Shown piece by piece: positions 42,170-51,204 of a stretch of 64,000 nt of DNA. A program made the position numbers and the translations under genes. Source of the stretch: an uncultured bacterium (GTDB lineage Bacteria > Oederibacteriota > Oederibacteriia > Oederibacteriales > Oederibacteriaceae); the NCBI GenBank assembly GCA_965112635.1, contig OZ218778.1, positions 1,408,001 to 1,472,000 on the forward strand, written 5' to 3'. Within the stretch, counting starts at the first letter, position 1, and every line of letters starts with the position of its first letter. A model generated the notes under the pieces. The model did not search any database. It was not told where the DNA came from and worked only from the letters and a program-made list of their open reading frames with translations.

Positions 42170-42985
42170 ATGTCAAAGATAAATGTAAAAGGCAGGGAAA
42201 TATCCATATTAAGTAAAAAAGATGAGGACTATATCTGCGTCACCGATATTGCACGATATAAAAATGCCGATAGAACCGACGATTTGATAAGGAACTGGCT
42301 GAGAAACAGGAACACTATCGAATTTTTAGGAGTTTGGGAACAGTTAAATAACCCTGGTTTTAAACCCGTGGAATTCGACGGGTTTAGAAAACAAGCCGGC
42401 CTTAATAGTTTTACGCTAACGCCCAGTCAATGGATCGCAAAAACAAACGCCATAGGGATCATCTCCAAAGCGGGGCGTTATGGCGGGACCTACGCTCACA
42501 AAGATATTGCCTTTGAGTTTGCCTCATGGATTTCCGTTGAGTTCAAGCTCTATTTGATCAAAGAATTTCAGCGCCTTAAAGAGGAGGAACACAAACAACT
42601 TGGCTGGGATATAAGACGCAATCTAACCAAAATAAACTACCGGATACATACGGATGCTGTTAAGGAAAATTTGATACCCGCCGAATTATCAAAAGCACAG
42701 ATCAATCTGGTCTATGCCACGGAAGCTGACATCCTCAATATGTCTCTATTCGGAATGACAGCCAAGCAGTGGCGGGACACTAACCCGGATAAAAAAGGAA
42801 ATATTCGTGATTATGCCGATATTTCACAGCTGGTATGTTTATCTAACCTGGAAACCCTGAACGCTCTTTTTATAAACGAAAGTTTGTCTCAGGGAGAGCG
42901 GCTCATCAAACTTAACAAAATAGCGATCCAGCAAATGAAACTCTTGACTGATCACAAGGGCATTAAAAAGCTGGGAGAATTATGA
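42170..42985 (+). CDS. KilA-N domain DNA-binding protein
   Basis: DYICVTDIA, NWLRNRNTIEFLG, GRYGGTYAHKDIAFEFASW. Confidence 0.92.
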   Translation: MSKINVKGREISILSKKDEDYICVTDIARYKNADRTDDLIRNWLRNRNTIEFLGVWEQLNNPGFKPVEFDGFRKQAGLNSFTLTPSQWIAKTNAIGIISKAGRYGGTYAHKDIAFEFASWISVEFKLYLIKEFQRLKEEEHKQLGWDIRRNLTKINYRIHTDAVKENLIPAELSKAQINLVYATEADILNMSLFGMTAKQWRDTNPDKKGNIRDYADISQLVCLSNLETLNALFINESLSQGERLIKLNKIAIQQMKLLTDHKGIKKLGEL

Positions 42986-43278
42986 CCTCTGGCAGGAAAC
43001 CCCGCGGACTCTGCCGCGGGGATGTTTATAGTCAAGGATTGGCTCTTTCAAGATTCTCTGAACCCCACGCTCCTTCGGCCGTTCGATAATTCCTGCAAAA
43101 ATATTAATAAGGCGTTTCCTTTCAGGTATTATCGAATCGCAACAGCTTTGCGATCCTGGCAACTCGCCTCTACAAGGCGAAGCCTTGGAGGGTCGCCGTA
43201 ACGCCGAAATGGGTTGAAGAATCTGAATGATTCTTCAACGGGCCTCTACAATAATCCTTTTTGAGGTGAGGCCCCGGC

Positions 43279-43588
43279 ATAAATGGCCAAAAAGCGGGAA
43301 AGGTCATCGCGGATGGCGTCAGGCCATCCAGCGAAGTGTCACAGGCATAAGAGCCTGCGACGTTGACAGAGGGGATGGGGAGCGTAAAATGAAGAAATGG
43401 TTTTAGATATTCTCTGGCAATGAAAAGGGGTTTGGAATGCAAGAAACAAGACTCGACCCCTTTTCCGTTGAAATAAATGGCCAAAAAGCGGGAAAGATTT
43501 GACAGAGGGGATGGGGGAGAGCAAAATCAAGGTATTGCTTTGGTGAAAAGGGGTTTGGAATGCAAGAAACAAGACTCGACCCCTTTTC
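43279..43588 (+). repeat. Tandem imperfect duplication carrying TTGACA promoter-like boxes and GGGGTC-family ends
   Basis: Units 43279-43465 and 43473-43588; related segment at 42056-42102. Confidence 0.8.
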
Positions 43589-43898
43589 ACGCTGTGTCTA
43601 GCCTGGTGCTGTGCTCAGGGAACCCCCTTTTTTCCTTCTATATATATCAATCTGGATAATGGGTCGCAGGGCTCCATCAAGATCGGGCCCAAGAAGTTCA
43701 TCGTGCTCCATTAACCCCGTCCTCAAAAGCTGGCGATTTCCAGATAAGACAATCCCCCCGGAATACCCCCACAATGCCCTCAATGCTGGGTTAAGTCCCT
43801 GCCGGACTGCTCTGGCTGGTCTGGTTGGTTTAACCGCAACAATCCCGCCTTCAGCGAGGCCTCTTTAAAATACCTCTGGATTCCGGCTAACCGCCAAC

Positions 43899-44079
43899 TG
43901 TCCGTAAAACTGTCCGTAAAAAGTGTCCGCAAAGAATGTCCGCAAAGAACTGTCCGTAAAAACCTGCTATAAAACAATACTGTTATTAAATAACAATATT
44001 CAAGTGTCCGTAAAAACTGTCCATAAAACTGTCCGCAAAAGTGTCCGCAAAGAATGTCCGTAAAAAGTGTCCGCAAAAG
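43899..44079 (+). repeat. Two arrays (5+6) of 12-14 bp TGTCCG(T/C)AAA units around an AT-rich spacer
   Basis: Read directly. Confidence 0.9.
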
Positions 44080-44107
44080 GCCAGGGTGTTGGTATAATGA
44101 CCAACCT

Positions 44108-44527
44108 ATGCTGGACGCTTTAAAATCTCTCAGGACCCCAAAAAAGGACACTCAGGGTATCTTTGGCCTGCTGGCCTGGATATTCGGCGGGGTCTTCTTT
44201 TGCCATGTGATTTACCGCCTGTTTATCACCCCTGTGGACGGCTATCTGACCACCCACCAAAAATGGGTCCATGTCAGCCTAGGAAGCAACCCCTACTTCC
44301 TGACCGACCTGGGCCAATCCTGCGTTCCCTTTGTTATCTACATCATCTTCCTGTATCTCTACCTGTTCCTGCAGGAAGCCCGCTGCTGGGTGCTTTACCG
44401 GGCTCTCCAGGACGACCCGGCCCTGAGTATAGGTCAGATGACCTCTTTTCGCGGTCTAAAAGCCTGGTTCTACCTGTGGCTCGTCTGCCACTGGATGGCC
44501 ATCCTAGGGGTCTACCGTGGAATGGGG
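44108..44527 (+). CDS. Small membrane protein, 3' end altered by repeat/IS110
   Basis: Three hydrophobic segments; TGGTATAAT just upstream; ORF reads into the IS end. Confidence 0.5.
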
Positions 44528-44531
44528 TCAC

Positions 44532-44709
44532 CTATGAAAAAAGAAGTCAAGCCAAAAGCACACCCCAAATCCGTTCAGAACCTACAAAGGGTCTCTAGTT
44601 CCATTTAAGGACTAGGAAGCCAGTCACCTATAGATGCTCAAAGGCATATGATGAAGTAGGAACCGGTGGCACAATCACATCTTTCGGATTTAGCTGAAAT
44701 AATCCTCAG
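44532..44709 (-). ncRNA. Putative bridge/seek RNA of the IS110
   Basis: AAATCCG/CGGATTT closing stem enclosing AAGATGTGA (target match) and ATAGGTGA (donor-end match). Confidence 0.7.
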
Positions 44710-45756
44710 CTATTCCATGACCCCGTGGTGCTCGCCGGCCTTTTCCTGCCCTAAAGCTACAAGCTTAAAGGTTTCCTTACGTCTGAGCATATACCAAATG
44801 ACTTCCAAAAGCTTTCGCGCCACAGCAACCCTTCCCGTATTGGCTCCATGCTTGAGTCTAACCCGTTCAAATAAGTTTTTGAACCGTTGATCCTTTTTAA
44901 TTATATGATGACTGTTTTCTACTAAAATCCATCTGAGCCACTTAGAACCTTGCTTTGTTAATCCACCGTGCCTTTCATTATCTGCAGATTGATAGGTTGA
45001 CGGCACCAGCCCAGCGTACGAGCACAACTTTTTTGCACCTGGAAACCTGTCTATTTCTCCAATCTCACTCAAGATCAGCAGGGCAGAATAGATTCCAATC
45101 CCAGGAATACTCTGCAACCTCTGACCTTCTTCACTCAGCTCGATCTGTTTATCCAGCTTTTTCTTGTTCTTCAGCAGCTCCTTGTTCACTGCGTCTATCA
45201 GTCTCAAAAAACCATTTACTTCCTCACGGTAGCTCTCTCTCAATTCAAGACCGGCTAGCCACTTACGGCCCTTCTTGCCAAAAACATCGCTCATTTCATC
45301 TTCGCGCCCATCCTTCATTAAAACCGCGTGAATCTTGCACTTTAACGATGCCCTTTGGGAGACCAGGGAGGCACGGTATCTGAGAACCTCCCTCAAGTCC
45401 CTAATCTCTCTTTTGGGAATGTAAGCGCTGGGCACCAAGTCGGCTCTGGATAAGTGGGCTAGAGTCGTACTGTCTATGGTGTCTGTCTTTATCCGGGCGG
45501 AGGCGATGGCTTTGACTTTCAACGGATGCGCTAAGGTAACTAGGGGCAGATGCTTCTCTATCGTCTCGTAAAAGAACATCCAGTTTCCGGTTGCCTCTAC
45601 AACAACCTTGGTATCCCTAGGATATTTCCCGAAAAAACTCTCCATCTCCTCCCGGTTGTTATTTACTCTCCTTTTCTCTAATACCTTTCCTTTATCATCC
45701 ATCGCTACGACTTGACTGAACTTCTTGTGAAGATCTACCCCCAGATGTATACTCAT
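44710..45756 (-). CDS. IS110-family DEDD recombinase
   Basis: LGVDLHKK, VEATG, KTDTIDS, SIPGIG, YAGLVPSTYQSA. Confidence 0.95.
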   Translation of the reverse strand: MSIHLGVDLHKKFSQVVAMDDKGKVLEKRRVNNNREEMESFFGKYPRDTKVVVEATGNWMFFYETIEKHLPLVTLAHPLKVKAIASARIKTDTIDSTTLAHLSRADLVPSAYIPKREIRDLREVLRYRASLVSQRASLKCKIHAVLMKDGREDEMSDVFGKKGRKWLAGLELRESYREEVNGFLRLIDAVNKELLKNKKKLDKQIELSEEGQRLQSIPGIGIYSALLILSEIGEIDRFPGAKKLCSYAGLVPSTYQSADNERHGGLTKQGSKWLRWILVENSHHIIKKDQRFKNLFERVRLKHGANTGRVAVARKLLEVIWYMLRRKETFKLVALGQEKAGEHHGVME

Positions 45757-45891
45757 TTTTGCCGCACCTCCTTAAAAGATTTGTTCCAGCCTTACGGCTG
45801 AGAACCCAGGTTCCCCAAGAACTTTGGTCCTTGAGACCCAGTATATCTTTTAGGATGTGCGGTTTTCCTTTTTCATCACATCACATCTTGA

Positions 45892-47437
45892 CGGGCTGTT
45901 GCCCAAACGATCTCTCTGCCGACTTTTAGCAAAAAGAAGGTGTTAGCCAGCAATGAGAGACAGGCGAGTCCTTAAATAGCCTTAACAACCTTCCAGAAAC
46001 CTCCAAAACCACCGCTTGCGCCCTCGGTCCTCTTCCTCGCTTTACCAGTATCTCGATATTCTGAATTGCCGCCGTCAAATACTCCTGAATCCGAGCCCTC
46101 CAAAGCCTTCGCCATCGCATTCGGGCGAAACCATATCGTTGCGCCCTGGCAAAACTGCGCTCCATCAAATGTTGTCTTATTCGAATGTCTCTCTGCGCTA
46201 TCCAGGATCGGCTGACTTGTCTCATGCTATCCAATTCTTCCTGTCGGAAATGCCTATTTACGGTCCTCCCACTATTGCTCTCCGTACATTGATCTCTCAA
46301 CCCACAAGCCATGCAATCATGTTTAGACGCCGCATAATCTGTGCTCTGTTTCGCTTCGTGAACGGATCTGGGCTTGAGATGGTTCCCGGCTGGACATTCG
46401 TATCTATCGCTGACTGGGTCGTAATGGAACTCCGATGCAGGAAATATCGGCTTCCGGGATGTCTTTCCTGGATTCGTTTTTCCCAGGTCGGGCATATGAG
46501 CCTCCACTCCTCGGTCCAAGCAGGCTAGAAAATTCTCTACCGTCCCATACTTTCCATCCGCCACTACTGTTTGGGCTTGCCTCTCTGTGTTCTGGTGGTG
46601 CTGATCTACCAACGCTTCCATCCGATGGGCCTCGTTCACTTCGCCTGGTGTCACCTCGGTCGCCGTGATAATTTCATGCGCCCCATCCACGGCTCGATGG
46701 ACCTGATACCGAGGCTTGCTCCCACCTACTCGGCGTACCAACGACGCATCCGGATCAGTCGTGGATATATAGCGCTGATTTACCCTCTGTCTCTCCAAAC
46801 CAACCCGCCTCTCTTGAGGCGCTTCTTCCAGACGCCTTTCCAGCTCAAGGTATTTAAGCCTCAATTGACCCTTCAATGACCGGGTGTCCACCACCGAATT
46901 GCAGGAGGCATCCGCTTCCACCAGGCTTGAATCCATGAATATTTTCCGCCCATCTACCAACTTGGCTTCTACACATTGAAAAACGATCCTTTCAAAAAAC
47001 TCCCTAAAAACCTCTTCTCCCCAGCGCTTACGGGCTTTCGAGAGCACACTGTGATCAGGTATCTCCGTTTCCAGGTCGTATCCCAGAAACCACAGCCAAT
47101 CCAGCCTTTCAGGCAAGGTTTCCATCAATTCCCGCTCCGAGCGGACATTGTAAAATACCAGTAAAAGCATGAGTTTCAGGATGAGAGGCGGGGGAACCGA
47201 TTCGTTACCGTTGTTACCATACTTACCCTTGACGGCTCTGTAGACAAAGTCAAAATCAACTAGGGATGCTACTCTTCGAAGCGGGTGGTTGGCTCGTACG
47301 CGGCCTTCCATGTTAATATTCACATAGAACAGCTTCCCTTGCGGTGCTTTCTCGATTCCCATCATGGGGCATCACCTCCTGTAAAAGAAGTATATCGCCT
47401 CATGACTTTTCTTCAACAGCATTTGGGCAACAGCCCG
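45892..47437 (-). mobile_element. IS1182-family element
   Basis: Perfect 16-bp TIR CGGGCTGTTGCCCAAA; 4-bp TSD TTGA (45888-45891, 47438-47441). Confidence 0.93.
45926..47365 (-). CDS. IS1182-family transposase
   Basis: SERELM, PDHSVLS, STTDPDA, VADGKY, CPAG zinc motif, MERSFA. Confidence 0.93.
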   Translation of the reverse strand: MMGIEKAPQGKLFYVNINMEGRVRANHPLRRVASLVDFDFVYRAVKGKYGNNGNESVPPPLILKLMLLLVFYNVRSERELMETLPERLDWLWFLGYDLETEIPDHSVLSKARKRWGEEVFREFFERIVFQCVEAKLVDGRKIFMDSSLVEADASCNSVVDTRSLKGQLRLKYLELERRLEEAPQERRVGLERQRVNQRYISTTDPDASLVRRVGGSKPRYQVHRAVDGAHEIITATEVTPGEVNEAHRMEALVDQHHQNTERQAQTVVADGKYGTVENFLACLDRGVEAHMPDLGKTNPGKTSRKPIFPASEFHYDPVSDRYECPAGNHLKPRSVHEAKQSTDYAASKHDCMACGLRDQCTESNSGRTVNRHFRQEELDSMRQVSRSWIAQRDIRIRQHLMERSFARAQRYGFARMRWRRLWRARIQEYLTAAIQNIEILVKRGRGPRAQAVVLEVSGRLLRLFKDSPVSHCWLTPSFC

Positions 47438-47668
47438 TTGACATTTGACAATCCCGTCTCCCCCCAGGCTTAACAAACCATTTTCCCCACCGGGGCACAA
47501 TCTCATAAGGATTTAAGGAGTGTGCCCGTTGATTTGCCACGTGCTCAAGCGCCCATCCATGAGGATGGGCTTGAGCATGTGAGGACGTGAATACCCCCCA
47601 TCTTGCATGTGATATAATGAGACAGTAAGAAAAATTCAGGCGCTAATTTTGATATGGAGGCATTAGCC

Positions 47669-47884
47669 ATGAAATTTATTGTTCTTTTGGAGAAAGCAGA
47701 AGAGGGCGGATACAATGTAAAGGTTCCTGCTTTAGACGGTTGTTTCACGCAAGGTGAAACAGAAAAAGAAGCTCTCGCCAATGCCCAAGAAGCAGTTCAA
47801 TGCTATTTGGAAGGGCTGCAAAAGGTTAACGAAATCAAGGCAAAGAAGATGGTCCTGTCAAGGCAAATAGAGGTCAGGATTTGA
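47669..47884 (+). CDS. hicB: HicB-family antitoxin
   Basis: [32 protein letters not shown]. Confidence 0.9.
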   Translation: MKFIVLLEKAEEGGYNVKVPALDGCFTQGETEKEALANAQEAVQCYLEGLQKVNEIKAKKMVLSRQIEVRI

Positions 47885-48096
47885 GCAAAACATTTTCCGG
47901 CAAAGAAGTAGTGGGGGCTTTAAAGAGGATTGGATTTACCATTGACCATCAGCGCGGGAGCCATGTCTTCTTGTATAATAAAGACAAAAATATTTCAGTT
48001 ATAGTACCGGCGCATAAAGAGCTGAAAAAAGGCACTCTTCATTCTATATTAAAAAAGGGCGGCCTTACTCTGGAGGATTTAAGGAAATTGGTTTAG
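47881..48096 (+). CDS. hicA: HicA-family toxin
   Basis: [11 protein letters not shown]...[16 protein letters not shown]. Confidence 0.9.
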   Translation: MSKTFSGKEVVGALKRIGFTIDHQRGSHVFLYNKDKNISVIVPAHKELKKGTLHSILKKGGLTLEDLRKLV

Positions 48097-48234
48097 TGTA
48101 TCCCCAGCCCCCTTCCATATTTTACCCCCTTGCATCTAGTTTCCCAATCCTGTAAAAAATCGCACTTTTCTTAGATTTGTGTTATACACATAAATATGGT
48201 ATATTATGTGTATGAAAGAAAGGAGGGAAGACGG

Positions 48235-48435
48235 ATGTTAAGGACCAATATTGAGTTGGATGAAAAAATGGTGGGACAAGCGCTCAAGCTTACCCACATG
48301 AGGACGAAAAAAGAGCTGGTGAATTACGCCATCAAGGAAATCGTAAGTAGGGAAAAAAGAAAAAAACTCCTTGAGGTGGAAGGGAAAATAACCTGGAAGG
48401 GAAACCTGGAGCTCGTGAGGCAAAGCAGGGCATGA
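48235..48435 (+). CDS. vapB: VapB antitoxin (DUF2191-like)
   Basis: RTNIELDE...TKKELVNYA...WKGNL. Confidence 0.85.
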   Translation: MLRTNIELDEKMVGQALKLTHMRTKKELVNYAIKEIVSREKRKKLLEVEGKITWKGNLELVRQSRA

Positions 48436-48830
48436 TCCTGGTTGATACGAGCGTATGGATCGATTTTTTCACGGGAAAGTCCACACCCCAGCGCCGCATG
48501 CTCCATCAGTTGATCGAGGAGGACGCGGAACTCTGTATTGCGGAGATCATCCTGACGGAAATTCTCCAGGGAGTCGGGGAGGACCAGGAATTTGAAAGGA
48601 TAAAAAGTTACCTGTTGGAATTCCCCATACAAAAGCCAAGGGGTGTTGCAACCTATCTGAAAGCCGCGGAGCTTTACAGGGATTGCAGAAAAAAAGGAAG
48701 AACGGTCAGGAAGACCGTGGATTGCATCCTGGCCGCTTTATGCCTGGAAAACCATCTTGTCCTGCTGCACCATGATAAAGATTTTGACATGATCGCCGAG
48801 TGCTCCGAGCTTAATATATTAAAAGGATAA
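48432..48830 (+). CDS. vapC: VapC PIN-domain toxin
   Basis: ILVDTSVWID, EILQG, VDCILAA, HHDKDF. Confidence 0.92.
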   Translation: MILVDTSVWIDFFTGKSTPQRRMLHQLIEEDAELCIAEIILTEILQGVGEDQEFERIKSYLLEFPIQKPRGVATYLKAAELYRDCRKKGRTVRKTVDCILAALCLENHLVLLHHDKDFDMIAECSELNILKG

Positions 48831-48836
48831 ACATCT

Positions 48837-50297
48837 GTGGCGGAAAATACAAAACCAAAGAGCGGGTTTGCCCAGAAAGAACGGGGCTTTTTTAGGTCTT
48901 TGAGCGGGTTTACTTTGCTTTGCCTGGCTGTGGCAGGCATCCTGGGAATAACCCTGTTGATGGACCTTTTCCAGCACAAGATAACCTATCCCGGCAAACA
49001 GGTCATCACCTTTGCCTCGATGTGGGCGCCGGGGGAGCCGGTCCAGCTGGGCTACGAGCAGATATTCCGGGATTTTGAAAAAGAGTACCCGCAGTACAAA
49101 GTGGAGGCGCGCTGGGAAGGACGCTGGGTCATCCCGGCCATCCGGCCCCGTCTGCTGACCCATTCGGACATCCCGGACATCATCAATGTGGACCGCGACA
49201 GCCTGCGCATCCTGGTGGAGAACGGGTTTATGGAGAGGCTGGACGATATCCTGGACCAGGCGCCCCATCCGGACGACAAAGGCAAAACTTTGCGCCAGGC
49301 TTTTTTGCCCAAGATACTGGATGTTTGCCGGTTCAAACAGGAAGAGGCCGGAGGCAACCCGACCGGCGTCTATCTGGTCCCTTCCGGCGTCTGGACAGTC
49401 TTTGTTTTCTATAACCGCTACCCTTACGAGAAATTAAAGCTCAAAATACCGCGGACCTGGTCGGCTTTTATGGACAACTGCCGCAAGCTCAAGGCGGCCG
49501 GCTATGTGCCCATCGCCGCGGACAAAGATGAATACGCCAATATGTGGGAGGGTTTGCTTTTATGCAGGGCGGTGGGGGAAAAGACCCTGCATCAGACCGT
49601 CACCCAGGGGTTCCCGCGGTTTGATACGGACCCGAGATACCGGCGGACCTATGAGGCCATCCGCGAAATGCACCAGCCCGGCTGGTTCATTGACGGCTGG
49701 CTGGGGTCCCAGTGGCCCGCGGCCCAGAGGCGCTGGGTGAGCGGGGACGGGGTGCATCTCATCTGCGGGTCGTGGATCATCCGGGAAGTCATGTCCTACC
49801 AGCCCGACCCCAAAATATTCAAGCTGGGCGGTTTTATGGTTCCCATGATCGACGGCATAGACTGGAAGGGCCGGAAACCCCTGCCTCTGGGCGACTCCAG
49901 CGGGGTCACTGCCGCCGTGACCGGCCACGCCCTTTTCAAGGGCGGGAGGAACAAGCAGGGGGCCATTCTCCTGCTGTCCTATATCGCCAAACGCCAGAGC
50001 GCCTATGCCCTGGCCTCCATCGGCAAGGAGATCCCGCCCATCGTAGGGGCGTCCTTTCCCCCGGAACTGGAAGACATCCGGCAGGATTTCCAGTCAGCCC
50101 GGATCGTTTATACGGACTCGGTGTCGAACTACGCGGCCAAATGGTTCAAATTTATCCACAACGACCTGTTCCACGATTTTTTTATCTACGAAACGCCCAA
50201 AGAGAACGGTTACCTGACCGTGGACGAGTTCCTGCGGCAAGTCCAGAAGAAGACCGACGAGTACGTTCGCCAGGGCGGGGAGAAAGGGATCAAATAA
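48837..50297 (+). CDS. Carbohydrate ABC transporter substrate-binding protein
   Basis: TM anchor; FYN...IPRTWSAFMDNCRKLKAAG; precedes permeases. Confidence 0.85.
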   Translation: MAENTKPKSGFAQKERGFFRSLSGFTLLCLAVAGILGITLLMDLFQHKITYPGKQVITFASMWAPGEPVQLGYEQIFRDFEKEYPQYKVEARWEGRWVIPAIRPRLLTHSDIPDIINVDRDSLRILVENGFMERLDDILDQAPHPDDKGKTLRQAFLPKILDVCRFKQEEAGGNPTGVYLVPSGVWTVFVFYNRYPYEKLKLKIPRTWSAFMDNCRKLKAAGYVPIAADKDEYANMWEGLLLCRAVGEKTLHQTVTQGFPRFDTDPRYRRTYEAIREMHQPGWFIDGWLGSQWPAAQRRWVSGDGVHLICGSWIIREVMSYQPDPKIFKLGGFMVPMIDGIDWKGRKPLPLGDSSGVTAAVTGHALFKGGRNKQGAILLLSYIAKRQSAYALASIGKEIPPIVGASFPPELEDIRQDFQSARIVYTDSVSNYAAKWFKFIHNDLFHDFFIYETPKENGYLTVDEFLRQVQKKTDEYVRQGGEKGIK

Positions 50298-50298
50298 G

Positions 50299-51204
50299 AT
50301 GCAGGAGAAGTGGGCCTCAAAACTCTACGGCGGCACCTGGACCGTGGTCCTGCTGCTGGGGCCGGCGCTGTTCATGTTCGGCCTTTTCATGCTCTGGCCG
50401 ACCGTAAGTTCCCTTTATGTGGCCATGTGCTCCTGGACGGGCTTTTCCCCGGATTCGCTCTTTATCGGTTTTGACAATTTCAAGAACCTCTGGAATGACG
50501 TGCAGTTCTGGGCGGGGATAAAGCACACGCTTTACTATGTCGTGGTCGGCGGGCTGTGGAACTACGTGTTCGCCTTTTTGTTCGCCTTTGCCCTCAACAA
50601 CCCGAGGTTCGCCGGGAAAAAGTTCTACCAGACCTTTATCTTTTTTCCAACCTTCATTTCCGTGGTCGGGGTGGCCATCCTCTGGGCCAGGCTTTACGAC
50701 CCGCAGGACGGGCTCATCAACCGCCTCATCACGGCAGCCGGGTTTTCCGGCATTGACTGGCTGTCCTCCCAGCACGGGATGACGTCGATCATCATCGCCG
50801 CGGTGTGGGCCGGGGTGGGCGGAGGCATGATCCTGCTTTTGGCCGGGATGAAAAGGATACCCGACACCTATTACGAGGCGGCCAGGATAGACGGGGCCAC
50901 GGAAGCGCGGGTGTTCTGGCATATCACCCTGCCCCTGCTAAAGGACGTCATCTATGTGTCGCTGTCGCTGTGGTTCATCGGCGCCATGCAGGTCTTCGGG
51001 CTGGTGCAGGCTTTGGCCGGGCCGGACGTGCCTCTGGATATGGTGACCATTTCCACCTACCAGTACGCCATTTCATTCAACGCGCGGGACAATGTTTTTA
51101 TGATGGGCCGCGGCACGGCCATGTCCGTGGTGCTGGTGCTGATGATCGTGTTCTTTATGGGGATATTGAGACTCCTGTTCGGGAGAAGGGAGCTGGAATA
51201 CTGA
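50299..51204 (+). CDS. Carbohydrate ABC transporter permease
   Basis: YYEAARIDGA EAA loop, FIGFDNF. Confidence 0.92.
   Translation: MQEKWASKLYGGTWTVVLLLGPALFMFGLFMLWPTVSSLYVAMCSWTGFSPDSLFIGFDNFKNLWNDVQFWAGIKHTLYYVVVGGLWNYVFAFLFAFALNNPRFAGKKFYQTFIFFPTFISVVGVAILWARLYDPQDGLINRLITAAGFSGIDWLSSQHGMTSIIIAAVWAGVGGGMILLLAGMKRIPDTYYEAARIDGATEARVFWHITLPLLKDVIYVSLSLWFIGAMQVFGLVQALAGPDVPLDMVTISTYQYAISFNARDNVFMMGRGTAMSVVLVLMIVFFMGILRLLFGRRELEY

Larger units (their letters stand above)
44528..45884 (-). mobile_element. IS110-family element (IS1111-like layout)
   Basis: TCAC core at both ends (44528-44531, 45881-45884); subterminal ATGAAAAA inverted repeat; empty site restores GGGGTCACATCTTGA. Confidence 0.85.

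Noticed and set aside
42982-43090. Short RGDVY-containing ORF resembling a MazF start
   Set aside because: About 35 codons with no further similarity
43899-44079. Possible CRISPR array
   Set aside because: Units are 12-14 bp and contiguous with no unique spacers; no cas genes in window
44528-44608. C-terminus of the 184-aa ORF 44054..44608
   Set aside because: Read-through into the IS110 end, not native coding sequence
50805-51203. N-terminal extension of the 521-aa permease ORF
   Set aside because: Overlaps the upstream permease; the coupled start at 51204 is more plausible
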